Of a DNA stretch of 64,000 nucleotides, positions 36,348 to 44,790 are shown piece after piece; the first letter of the stretch is position 1; every line of letters begins with the position of its first letter. This stretch comes from a virus, in the IMG/VR virus record IMGVR_UViG_2786546475_000019, positions 974 through 64,973 of that record; one strand, given 5' to 3'. Below the pieces are notes generated by a model that was not told the origin of the DNA, made no database searches, and saw only the letters and a program-made list of their open reading frames with translations. Both the position numbers and the translations under genes were made by a program.

Positions 36348-37168
36348 ACGGCCACGTCACCTTTGATAGCCGGATGGGGATTGTAACCTTCAAGAATAAT
36401 ATCTTCCCACCGAAGTGATAAAATATTCTCCAAAGGAGATAACACCGGATCAGCTTGCCTTGCAAAACGAAGCTTTGGAGCTTCTTTAGCTGGGCGTCTC
36501 AACTGTAGGTTGACTTGATCTACGTGGTTGTTGTAGATATGAGCGTCGCCAAACGTATGGTAATACGTCTTGGGTTTAAGGTCCGTGGCCCACGCCAAAA
36601 TGTACATAAGCAACACGTAGGATGCAATGTTAAACGGAACGCCAAGAAACATATCAGCAGAGCGTTGATACATTTTCAAGGACAGTTCTCCATTTGATAC
36701 GTAGCATTGGAAAAACATATGGCACGGCGGTAAGGCCGCATCTCCACCTGGAAGGTGATGTTTTGGGTGCCAAGCAGAGCAAATAACTCGTCGGCTGTTT
36801 GGAGACTCAGTTAGGCAATCAAGCACGTACTGAATCTGATCTACGCCGTTGAAGTCTCTCCACATCTTCCCATACACCGGACCAAGCTCTCCGGCAGCGT
36901 CTGCCCATTCGTCCCAGATATGAACATTCAGGTCTTGTAACGATTTGATATTTGTCTCTCCTCGAAGAAACCACATCAGTTCCTCAAATACCAACCGCAA
37001 AGGTACAAACTTTGTAGTGAGCAATGGGAAGTGACTACTGATTGTTCCGTAAATTTGAGGGCCGAATAGACGAATTGTTCCGGTCCCTGTTCTATCATCA
37101 TGTGTTTCTCCGTGGAGCAAAACACTTTTAAGTAATGACAGATACTGTTGTTCTAACGCTGAATACAT
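36344..37168 (-). CDS. thyA: thymidylate synthase ThyA
   Basis: DRTGTGT, LPPCH, YQRSADMFLGVPFNIASY, C-terminal PHPAIKGDVAV; Asn of FNIAS retained (dUMP type). Confidence 0.9.
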   Translation of the reverse strand: MYSALEQQYLSLLKSVLLHGETHDDRTGTGTIRLFGPQIYGTISSHFPLLTTKFVPLRLVFEELMWFLRGETNIKSLQDLNVHIWDEWADAAGELGPVYGKMWRDFNGVDQIQYVLDCLTESPNSRRVICSAWHPKHHLPGGDAALPPCHMFFQCYVSNGELSLKMYQRSADMFLGVPFNIASYVLLMYILAWATDLKPKTYYHTFGDAHIYNNHVDQVNLQLRRPAKEAPKLRFARQADPVLSPLENILSLRWEDIILEGYNPHPAIKGDVAV

Positions 37169-37320
37169 TAAGTGCTCCTTTGTTTTAGGTACGTGTCTAA
37201 GGTAATTACTGCTGCTTCAATAGTAGACTTCTCCTGTTCAAATTCTTTCAATAGGATCTCCTGATGATCTTTGGAAAGAATTATCAATGAATTTCTAGTT
37301 CTGATTTTTTTTTTTTTGAC
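37168..37320 (-). other. start-less 50-codon frame opening one codon before the A13 run and ending in TAATG on the thyA start
   Basis: no ATG/GTG in frame; would be fused to 37295..37573 if the run were A12. Confidence 0.35.
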
Positions 37321-37573
37321 CTATTTTAACTGCCAGTATTAAATCTTCAACGTTCCAGGCGTCAGTTTCAATACCAGTAAATGATAGTTTTCGATTCTCA
37401 GGACCGGTATAAATTACTCCGCCCAAGTCATAGATCATATTAGATCTGAATGTTGCACTGTCTGGTGTAACATTGTAGACTCGCTCGCAATGAAGAATCC
37501 GTTCACAAGCCGTAGCCCAATCCGAACACCATTGGTTAACAACTACTTCATCTTGGAAATTGATAAATACCAT
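37295..37573 (-). CDS. hypothetical protein ending in a poly-Lys tract encoded by A13
   Basis: 92-aa ORF; 3' end GGT CAA AAA AAA AAA AAT CAG AAC TAG. Confidence 0.5.
   Translation of the reverse strand: MVFINFQDEVVVNQWCSDWATACERILHCERVYNVTPDSATFRSNMIYDLGGVIYTGPENRKLSFTGIETDAWNVEDLILAVKIGQKKKNQN
37305..37317 (-). repeat. 13-nt homopolymer (A13 on the coding strand)
   Basis: T13 on the + strand at 37305-37317. Confidence 0.95.
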
Positions 37574-37585
37574 AAACAGCCTTTC

Positions 37586-38236
37586 TTAAACCATATTCAA
37601 AGTAATTGGAGGTTTGTCGCTTTTTAAAAGTTTAGCTAGCTTTTCTAACGCTCGCTTTTCAAGTTGACGAACTCTTTCTCGCGAGATATTAAGAGTTTCC
37701 CCAATAGTCTTAAGAGGAATCCCTTGGGCTCGTAGCCTCAAAACTAAAGCATCTCGACTATTTAACTCAAGAAAAGCTTTTTCTAGAGCAATAAGCTCCT
37801 CTTGCCATTCTATCAAATCCCTATCAAGACATTCTAAAGGTGTAACAGGGTTATTAAATAGCCCGTGTAAGGTTTGAAACATTGGAGCACGAGCTATAGC
37901 AGCTTTAGCTCTGTCAAGATGAGCTGGATTTGGAGATACTTTAATTAACTCCACCTTGGTTTTCATGTAAGTTATCATTCGTTGTTTCACCCACGGAGTG
38001 GCGTAAGTTGAAAACTGATAACCTTTACTAGGGTCAAATTTTTTGACCGCCTGACATAACCCACTCATTCCTTCTTGAATTAAATCGTCTAAATCAAGCT
38101 TAGAATTTTTCTTGGCAAAAGACACCGCTATCTTGATAACCAATCCTTGATTATCTAACACTAACCGATTGAGTGCTTCATCAGCTTCCTTTCTAGCAGA
38201 ATGATATTTTTGTAATAACTCGTCATTAGTATCCAC
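37586..38236 (-). CDS. sigma-70 family RNA polymerase sigma factor (group-3-like)
   Basis: region 2 DDLIQEGMSGLCQAVKKFDPSKGYQFSTYATPWVKQRM; region 4.2 TIGETLNISRERVRQLEKRALEKL. Confidence 0.85.
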   Translation of the reverse strand: MDTNDELLQKYHSARKEADEALNRLVLDNQGLVIKIAVSFAKKNSKLDLDDLIQEGMSGLCQAVKKFDPSKGYQFSTYATPWVKQRMITYMKTKVELIKVSPNPAHLDRAKAAIARAPMFQTLHGLFNNPVTPLECLDRDLIEWQEELIALEKAFLELNSRDALVLRLRAQGIPLKTIGETLNISRERVRQLEKRALEKLAKLLKSDKPPITLNMV

Positions 38237-38239
38237 AGT

Positions 38240-38425
38240 TCACTCACAATCTAAAGGGAATTGTTCATGTATTTCCAAACTCACAACCAACTTCCCACAC
38301 TTAGGACAACGAACCGACTGTTTTCTTTTCTTGAGCCGATGCTCAAGCTCCTGTTTTGTTGACCGTTGTTCAGCGGGAAAAGTTGTTTTGACTACCACAG
38401 GCTCCGGGGTTTCATTTACGTCCAT
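38240..38425 (-). CDS. small zinc-ribbon protein
   Basis: 61 aa, CPKCGK motif. Confidence 0.45.
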   Translation of the reverse strand: MDVNETPEPVVVKTTFPAEQRSTKQELEHRLKKRKQSVRCPKCGKLVVSLEIHEQFPLDCE

Positions 38426-38805
38426 AAGTCAACCAAATGTTCAGGAACAGGTTGTAGCTCTCCGTTACGTTCAATCAAAACGCTTCCAGGGCAAACTGTG
38501 TAAACTCTATCACCATAGTCAAGTATAGCATGTTCACTAACGGAACAGTGACAAACCGGACAGAGCCACTCGCCATCAATGTTAGGGTGACGAAAATGTC
38601 TCAACGAGCTGTCGTCCTTCAACGTGTTAAAATGTTTCACGAACCCGCCAAGCTTGATCTCTGCTACGGCTTTCGGGTAATTGAGTTCGAGTAGCTCATC
38701 TTGTGTCAGTGTCACGACCTGACCACGTTTAAATGGTCCACGGTCCGCGAAGCGACCATTGAAATAATGAGCACCTGCCGCTGATAGTTTTACTTTGAAA
38801 TTCAT
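38416..38805 (-). CDS. hypothetical protein (CPVCHC motif)
   Basis: 129-aa ORF, overlapping neighbours. Confidence 0.5.
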   Translation of the reverse strand: MNFKVKLSAAGAHYFNGRFADRGPFKRGQVVTLTQDELLELNYPKAVAEIKLGGFVKHFNTLKDDSSLRHFRHPNIDGEWLCPVCHCSVSEHAILDYGDRVYTVCPGSVLIERNGELQPVPEHLVDLWT

Positions 38806-39149
38806 TTCAAAACCTCGTTACACCACTCTTCCAAATCATTCACCCAACGTCCAGCTAAGTTGAACACAAACCATAAATGATACCACTTATGGTCTTTACC
38901 TAACTGCGTTTCGAAAGCTTCCTTCCACCACTCACTTGGTATCTGAAAATTACCCCATCGAGGCGTTTCGTCTCTTGCCCAGCGTTCAAGAACTGTTTGC
39001 ACGGTCCGTGCTACTTGCTTCAAGGAGTCTTCTTCGAATCCTTTCACACTTGCGACAAGTAAATCACGAAGTGATAATCCGTTGTCTTTTGCAAGCTCCT
39101 GAATCTTTTTGCGAGCTACTTCAGACATTTCAATTTTTAATGTTGGCAT
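38802..39149 (-). CDS. possible ribbon-helix-helix DNA-binding protein
   Basis: N-terminal LKIEMSEVARKKIQELAKDNGLSLRDLLVASV has a strand-helix-helix pattern. Confidence 0.3.
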   Translation of the reverse strand: MPTLKIEMSEVARKKIQELAKDNGLSLRDLLVASVKGFEEDSLKQVARTVQTVLERWARDETPRWGNFQIPSEWWKEAFETQLGKDHKWYHLWFVFNLAGRWVNDLEEWCNEVLK

Positions 39150-39327
39150 TCATTTTCTCCGATACGAAAATATAGATTGTACGAAACGTTAGACTAACAG
39201 TCACAAACCAAAGCACAATGAACGTAGGAAATGAGTGCCAAGCTTTCATATCACAGTGATGTAAGAAATATGCCAACAAATACCCCGAAGCAATTGTTAA
39301 TAGGCTAAATAATATCACTTTTACCAT
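39130..39327 (-). CDS. small membrane protein
   Basis: 65 aa, two hydrophobic helices. Confidence 0.45.
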   Translation of the reverse strand: MVKVILFSLLTIASGYLLAYFLHHCDMKAWHSFPTFIVLWFVTVSLTFRTIYIFVSEKMNANIKN

Positions 39328-39682
39328 CCGGTTTCTCCGTATTTGATAACAATATTGCAGTCCGCGTAACGCCGCCTATGGTCCACGTATTAGGGAGTAG
39401 CTCAATAAGCTCCTCTGCAATCTCTTGCATCTCCTCTTTATCAATGCTATTTGAAGTTACAAGAATATCAACGCCATGGTCGTAGACCATGTTTCGCCCG
39501 CAGAATGAACAGTTTTCGGCCATATAAGCGTAGACTATTTGGAAAGGAGAAAGATCTTCAACAGTGATATAAACGTTGTAGGTGTCAATACTGATACTCA
39601 AAGATTGAGCATCTTCAATATCAGACAATGCTTCACGTAACTTGCCTGCCGTTAAAGTCTTATCTTCTAGTTTCATCTTCAT
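39305..39682 (-). CDS. hypothetical protein
   Basis: 125-aa ORF, ATGA overlap upstream. Confidence 0.5.
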   Translation of the reverse strand: MKMKLEDKTLTAGKLREALSDIEDAQSLSISIDTYNVYITVEDLSPFQIVYAYMAENCSFCGRNMVYDHGVDILVTSNSIDKEEMQEIAEELIELLPNTWTIGGVTRTAILLSNTEKPDGKSDII

Positions 39683-40206
39683 AGGTCCCCGTCCTTTCGG
39701 TTGTTTGATTCTTCGACGGTAAAACCTTTCTTGTACCGTCCTTCAAGTTTGTTTCGATTCATTTGTAGCACTTCTTCAAGTGTTGAGCCAATTGTTTGAG
39801 CGGCTTCCCGTATGTAGCCTATTAAAAGGCCATGACACCGTTTCACAAGTTCTCGGTCAAAAGGCAGACCTTGATAAAAGACTTTCTTTTTATGTTCTGC
39901 CAATGTTTCGAGGGTTTCTAAAATGCTGTCCCCACTATCTACCCATATCTCGAACGGCTCAATATCAATTGACGCCGCAAGCAGCAAAACGTAGAACAAC
40001 ATATCGCCAAGCTCAAGTTTAATATGTCGAGCGTCGTCCGTGTTCCTCGTTTCAAAGAACTCAGCCACGATCCCATCAACAGCAGTCGCGAATCGCGGAA
40101 CGTCGACCTCTTTATGAAGGTTCCTTTGAGCTTCAAAATACTCGTGAAGATCGCTTGATTGAGGTGATAATTTTTCGTTAATAAAGTTAAGATGTTCTTT
40201 AAACAT
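39679..40206 (-). CDS. MazG-like nucleoside triphosphate pyrophosphohydrolase
   Basis: AEFFE...KLELGDMLFYVLLLA resembles MazG E-x2-E / ELGD motifs. Confidence 0.55.
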   Translation of the reverse strand: MFKEHLNFINEKLSPQSSDLHEYFEAQRNLHKEVDVPRFATAVDGIVAEFFETRNTDDARHIKLELGDMLFYVLLLAASIDIEPFEIWVDSGDSILETLETLAEHKKKVFYQGLPFDRELVKRCHGLLIGYIREAAQTIGSTLEEVLQMNRNKLEGRYKKGFTVEESNNRKDGDL

Positions 40207-40216
40207 TGTTTCTCCT

Positions 40217-40426
40217 TTAGGCAGAACCTAAACCTTTCCCACAAATGGCACACTCAATAGTATCATACAACCAGCCCGGAATGATAATTACAAGCCGTTT
40301 CTTGTACTTAGGGCCGCAGCATTCCTTTCTTGATTTAATTTGTTTAACTTCCTTGTTGGTAGCCTCTCGAACTTTCGATGATAGGACGTGTCCTGCGAAA
40401 CGTTCCGTAACTATTTCGACTTTCAT
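40217..40426 (-). CDS. small zinc-ribbon protein
   Basis: 69 aa, CCGP...CAICGK. Confidence 0.45.
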   Translation of the reverse strand: MKVEIVTERFAGHVLSSKVREATNKEVKQIKSRKECCGPKYKKRLVIIIPGWLYDTIECAICGKGLGSA

Positions 40427-40710
40427 TCTTGCTCCCCGAGTGCGAAGCCAAGCTCTTGGTACCGGCTAACACGTTCTTCTGCGGATCCACCACTGAAAAC
40501 TACTCTATTTTCTGTCTTGAAAATACTGCCGGTCCAAGTAAGATTTTCAATCTTAACTGTTACTTCTTCGTCTAACTCAAGCAACAAACCTTCAAAAGGT
40601 TGAAACGGTAGCTCATACAGCAAACTTAAACTCCCATGATACTTACTCACATACCTTCCGTTAAGGTCCTTATTCTCTTGTAAGTGAACTTTAATTAGAA
40701 TATGATACAT
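40423..40710 (-). CDS. hypothetical protein
   Basis: 95-aa ORF, ATGA overlap. Confidence 0.5.
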   Translation of the reverse strand: MYHILIKVHLQENKDLNGRYVSKYHGSLSLLYELPFQPFEGLLLELDEEVTVKIENLTWTGSIFKTENRVVFSGGSAEERVSRYQELGFALGEQE

Positions 40711-41024
40711 TACTTCTGCTCCTCGAAATGCTTAGATGGAAAACGATGCCAGCCAAATAATAACCGCTCCATGTTCCGTGGTTCGTCGATCTCAGCAACC
40801 GGACGAGCACCACCGACCGTGGTGAACTGGACGTACATACACTTCTTACGCTTATACCCAATACACAGATGGCCTTTCAACCGTTTGATAGGTCCACGGT
40901 ACATGTAGTATTTGGTGCGACTGAGCCGCCGGAACCGTTTCGTTAACCTTTCCATGACTGTTCCCAAGCGTGCAACGCTTTGAGCAAGTTCCTCAGTTGA
41001 ACAACTTAAAAGGTTATTTATCAT
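40710..41024 (-). CDS. hypothetical basic protein
   Basis: 104-aa ORF. Confidence 0.5.
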   Translation of the reverse strand: MINNLLSCSTEELAQSVARLGTVMERLTKRFRRLSRTKYYMYRGPIKRLKGHLCIGYKRKKCMYVQFTTVGGARPVAEIDEPRNMERLLFGWHRFPSKHFEEQK

Positions 41025-41377
41025 TTGTTAAACTCCTCAATATATTTTATCAACTCAGGTGTCGGTTCTGCAACAATAATCGGTAACATTAGTCCGATCT
41101 CACTGATACTTCGAGCCAACGTTTCAACATAATCTTGAGGTGCGACCCGTATAGGGTTTGGTGTTAGCTCGATATCTTCAATTTTCAAAACTTTTTGAGT
41201 CCGATTATCCGGCCCACGAACCACGTAACATTTGATAGAGTCGTACCCTACCAACTTACACGCTTCCAATCTTGCGTTGCCGCCAAGGACCACGTACTTT
41301 TTCTTAAGTTTGAAGCCTGGAGTCGAAAGCACACAAGCCGCAGCTCCGAGGGCCGCCATAAATTCTCTACGTTCCAT
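41021..41377 (-). CDS. ParB/Srx-like domain protein with apparently swapped motif order and a Tat-like N-terminus
   Basis: YVVLGGNARLEACKLVGYDSIKCYVV (GxxR box) precedes IEDIELTPNPIRV...LARSISEIGLMLPIIV; N-terminal ERREFMAALGAAACV. Confidence 0.35.
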   Translation of the reverse strand: MERREFMAALGAAACVLSTPGFKLKKKYVVLGGNARLEACKLVGYDSIKCYVVRGPDNRTQKVLKIEDIELTPNPIRVAPQDYVETLARSISEIGLMLPIIVAEPTPELIKYIEEFNK

Positions 41378-41567
41378 TTTTCTTCCAAATAAATACTGTA
41401 TATTTGTCCGGGTCCGTCACGTACGAAGCGAACCCTTTCTCAATCGCCTCTTTCTCTCGCTTTTTCTTCCCAGCATACTCGCCGAAAGCGTAACAAATGA
41501 ATCCGACTGCGGAAACAAGGCAAACGGCTGACGCAATCAACGGTGGAATAATCCTAGGGTCTATCAT
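41367..41567 (-). CDS. small membrane protein
   Basis: 66 aa, N-terminal TM. Confidence 0.45.
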   Translation of the reverse strand: MIDPRIIPPLIASAVCLVSAVGFICYAFGEYAGKKKREKEAIEKGFASYVTDPDKYTVFIWKKNGT

Positions 41568-42001
41568 TTGTTAACCTCACAAGTGAACCGGATACCGTTT
41601 GGAGCACAAAGATCTCGCAACTCAGCGAGGGTTGTATCCTCCCTAATAGATAATCCATTCCCACCCGCATCGTGAACCGCCTTCGTGAGCGAGTCCATGA
41701 ACTCTCGCTCGGGGTCCGGCTTGACTCGGAGGATGTAGAAATCCTCTGGTGAAAAAGGAGCACGCGAAATCATATCGCTCCAGTTTCGCCAACCATGTGG
41801 TTTGATTTTGACTTCAAGATTACCTTGAAGGTACGCTGCCCACAACTCTTTTTGTTCAGGCGGTATCACTCGGTAACGATTTGCTGACCAATCAGGGGGA
41901 CAAACGAGGGTCCAATCTTGCCCATCGAGTGATGACCATACCTTAACATCTTGATGGTCGGCCCACATCTTTATGTAGTCAGCGTGTCTGTGTCTAGCCA
42001 T
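41564..42001 (-). CDS. hypothetical protein, paralog of 45794..46369
   Basis: shared N-terminal H(R/K)HAD-I--WA----VW...YR-I-PE-KE-W--YL-G-LE pattern. Confidence 0.55.
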   Translation of the reverse strand: MARHRHADYIKMWADHQDVKVWSSLDGQDWTLVCPPDWSANRYRVIPPEQKELWAAYLQGNLEVKIKPHGWRNWSDMISRAPFSPEDFYILRVKPDPEREFMDSLTKAVHDAGGNGLSIREDTTLAELRDLCAPNGIRFTCEVNK

Positions 42002-42086
42002 TTTTCCAATTCTCCCACTCTTGATAACATTTGGTCATGAACGGTTGGAACTGTTCCAACGCTCTTTGTTCTTCAATGGATATCAT
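41994..42086 (-). CDS. tiny coupled ORF (30 aa)
   Basis: ATGA overlap with the DHH gene stop and ATGGCTAG overlap with the next start; fills the 81-nt gap. Confidence 0.3.
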   Translation of the reverse strand: MISIEEQRALEQFQPFMTKCYQEWENWKNG

Positions 42087-42991
42087 AACATCAACTCCCG
42101 CTCGAAACCAGCTGCATTTTCGTGCCCGCCACCATTGTAGAACTCGGCCACGGTTCTTGCTTTAATGTAACACTCTGCCGTAGACCGGATGCTGTACCGG
42201 TATTTCTTGGCAACGCCATCGTAGAACCAAGACATTGCTGGTTTACCAGTAAGGTTGCAAATCTCATGAAGCAAGTCACTGATAATATCTCCGTGAGTGT
42301 TGTTAAGACACGGAAGGAATCCAAATGGAGTCACGACTCCTGTGAGAATAGCCCCGTCCTCACCTACTGTTCTTTTTAGAATCCCTTTGATTTTATGGGC
42401 CAAATACTCATTGATAACTTTACCTTTATCGATAAGCTCAGAAATATCAAGCTCGGCCCATACTCCAAAATTCCAGTCCGTGGCCCGAAGGGCACGGTCC
42501 ACGTTAATGGTTGCGGGGTATTTCCAATTCCAAAGATCACGATCTTCGGTATATTGAACGAGAGCTTCAACATTCCCGCTCCCCATGGAACAGTTCATAA
42601 ACTCCCAAGTAAGTCTAGCCCCGGACTTCTCCATATTCAACTTGATAAACAACTTATGTTTCTGGATGATAGTTTCTTGCCCACTCTCTTGGATATCGTA
42701 ACCTGTCGCTTCTTTAGCTTGAGTTATCAATTTCTCAACCGCAGATTTATGGTGATCTAAGACCACAACCTGATCAAAATTCCGAGCGTATTGTTCCAGC
42801 ACTTCCAAGTCATAGCTGAAATCAACAATATACAGCTGGTTGCCTTGTGCTTCTGGAGCAGGTTGCCCGTAATGCACTGGAAGGTATTCAGTGAAATCTT
42901 CCCCATGTTTCATCCAAAGAACATAGGCTGAGCAGAATCCATCCAAACAACTGGCATGGTAAATGATAGTTACGTCTTGAGTGTTAGGCAT
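42083..42991 (-). CDS. DHH/DHHA1 family phosphoesterase (NrnA/RecJ-like)
   Basis: IIYHASCLDG, VVLDHHKS, GGGHENAAGF. Confidence 0.75.
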   Translation of the reverse strand: MPNTQDVTIIYHASCLDGFCSAYVLWMKHGEDFTEYLPVHYGQPAPEAQGNQLYIVDFSYDLEVLEQYARNFDQVVVLDHHKSAVEKLITQAKEATGYDIQESGQETIIQKHKLFIKLNMEKSGARLTWEFMNCSMGSGNVEALVQYTEDRDLWNWKYPATINVDRALRATDWNFGVWAELDISELIDKGKVINEYLAHKIKGILKRTVGEDGAILTGVVTPFGFLPCLNNTHGDIISDLLHEICNLTGKPAMSWFYDGVAKKYRYSIRSTAECYIKARTVAEFYNGGGHENAAGFERELML

Positions 42992-43442
42992 TTGTTACTA
43001 CTTTCACGTTAGGTTTAAGAATATTTCTCCAAGCTTCGGGAACACGTCCCGCGTGCCAAACATTGTTACAAATGTAACAAATATCATCTCCTTCGAAACG
43101 AAGGACTCGGCCTCCGAAACCAAGAAAGTGGTCCGTGCCCCACTCCATTGGTACATAGTAAGCGTGATAATTTTGATCGACTATCACTTGGGCCATTCGG
43201 TCGTACCAAAAGTTACAACTGAAACAGAGCTTACGGGTCCTCATATCATCTTTGCAACTGTACGTCAAAGAGATGCACTTGCCGCACTTACAACAAGGCT
43301 CTTCTAAGATATTTTGGTTCCCCCGAAGCTTTTCCTCAGTATCAAAGCCGCCAACTCGTGAACTTTGGAAAGAGGGCGGCTCAATGGATTCAACAATTTT
43401 ACCGTCGACTAGCCAGAATGTAGCCACTTTAAGAGAGTTCAT
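42984..43442 (-). CDS. Cys-rich hypothetical protein
   Basis: 152 aa with several CxxC pairs. Confidence 0.5.
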   Translation of the reverse strand: MNSLKVATFWLVDGKIVESIEPPSFQSSRVGGFDTEEKLRGNQNILEEPCCKCGKCISLTYSCKDDMRTRKLCFSCNFWYDRMAQVIVDQNYHAYYVPMEWGTDHFLGFGGRVLRFEGDDICYICNNVWHAGRVPEAWRNILKPNVKVVTNA

Positions 43443-43693
43443 CGCTTTTTCTTTCTTTTTGGAGGTTTAGTAGCTTTCTTTGCTTCCGTTACTAAAACGA
43501 AAGCATAAATTTGCACCACTTCATCTGGAGTATGGGGACCTGTAGTGCTTTTATCAGGGTGACGTAACCTGTAATCTGGAAGCAGTTTGTACTTCCGCTT
43601 ACGCAACCCTTTCAAAGCTTTGTGCAACGGTGAATTTTTGATAGTTCCGGTTACTTTTCCAGGGTCTCCGACGTAGTTTACTTTAACTTTCAT
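43439..43693 (-). CDS. small basic protein
   Basis: 84 aa, C-terminal KKATKPPKRKKKR. Confidence 0.45.
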   Translation of the reverse strand: MKVKVNYVGDPGKVTGTIKNSPLHKALKGLRKRKYKLLPDYRLRHPDKSTTGPHTPDEVVQIYAFVLVTEAKKATKPPKRKKKR

Positions 43694-43911
43694 CGTATTT
43701 CAATCTCTCCCATCATAAGAAGTTCTTCTAGCCCAAACACTTCATCTTCCCCACAACTGGTACAGTGATAGTTTCGAGCGTCTGGCTCACAATAATCATC
43801 CGCAGGCTCCTCGCACTTGCGACAGAAACCGTGTCCGCCTTCCATAGACATCTCAGTGTATTCAGTTTCAGTTAATTCAATCATAGCTTTCCTTTCAAAT
43901 GAAGTAGCCAT
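43690..43911 (-). CDS. small zinc-ribbon protein
   Basis: 73 aa, CRKCEEP...CTSCGED. Confidence 0.45.
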   Translation of the reverse strand: MATSFERKAMIELTETEYTEMSMEGGHGFCRKCEEPADDYCEPDARNYHCTSCGEDEVFGLEELLMMGEIEIR

Positions 43912-44387
43912 TCCGGCTCAGTAGTTCCAACGTATCCCATACCTTTGCCAAGAATCTTGTCTTGATAATAATACCATCGGTATGAGAAGATACAGTCTTC
44001 GAAATCTCCGGCCAAGCCTTTATAATATCCAGGCATAGCCAAGTTTGGAGGAGTAAGAGGGCCACGTCGTATGTAACACGGAGATTGATAAAGATACCCA
44101 ACCCGGTTCCATACTTCATGTAAAGCTAACCCTCTCTTATCCCGCTCCTTCAACAACGCTATCATATGCTTCAAAGTCCATTGATAATTTGAATCAGTGG
44201 AACGAACCCATTGAGTTGACGGGTGATTTGCGAAGCATGGTTTACACATTCCTTGACGCCAAAGTCCAACTTCGTCATGTGCCGTTGATAACATTTGGGC
44301 ACACTCAATCGGCATTTTTGTTAAATGGTCCGTGGCCATGTAGCTAGCTGCAAGGACCGGGTCCATATCAAGGAAGAAAACATTCAC
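43881..44387 (-). CDS. conserved phage protein of unknown function
   Basis: N-terminal FFLDMDPVLAASYMATDHLTKMPIECAQMLSTAH recalls a widespread phage/virus family I cannot name with confidence. Confidence 0.5.
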   Translation of the reverse strand: MNVFFLDMDPVLAASYMATDHLTKMPIECAQMLSTAHDEVGLWRQGMCKPCFANHPSTQWVRSTDSNYQWTLKHMIALLKERDKRGLALHEVWNRVGYLYQSPCYIRRGPLTPPNLAMPGYYKGLAGDFEDCIFSYRWYYYQDKILGKGMGYVGTTEPEWLLHLKGKL

Positions 44388-44770
44388 GCCCCAAGTCCAA
44401 GCGATTTGATGGAAGCCCTTTTGAGTGCTGTCAAGGTAACAACACGTCCAAGTAGCTTGGAAAGTGTTTCTTCGAAGTTATCAAGTTGCTCCGATAATTT
44501 GTATTCGAAGCCGTTCAAAAGTATCACTTCTTCCAAGTTCTCAGAAACCCAAGAATTTAAGTCTTGGTCTTTCACAAGATACTTACCGTCTTGAATCGTT
44601 AACTTGCCATTGATAGTTGGGCCTTTCAATTCGTCTCGCCAAATTTTCACGTTTTCAGGAGCGGTTATGTTAATTGAAGCAGCTCCTGATCCTGCATCAA
44701 AGATTGTTACCCGAACGTCGTTCCCAATTGTAAATGATTGCGACGCCCAGCGTTTAAGAGTTAACGCCAT
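44384..44770 (-). CDS. hypothetical protein
   Basis: 128-aa ORF. Confidence 0.5.
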   Translation of the reverse strand: MALTLKRWASQSFTIGNDVRVTIFDAGSGAASINITAPENVKIWRDELKGPTINGKLTIQDGKYLVKDQDLNSWVSENLEEVILLNGFEYKLSEQLDNFEETLSKLLGRVVTLTALKRASIKSLGLGA

Positions 44771-44790
44771 GATAAGCTCCTAGTATTTCC

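Noticed and set aside
36344-37168. ThyA homolog as a dUMP/dCMP hydroxymethylase of a hypermodification pathway
   Set aside because: The FNIAS asparagine and the canonical C-terminal ...KGDVAV closing segment favour an ordinary thymidylate synthase. This cannot be settled without chemistry.
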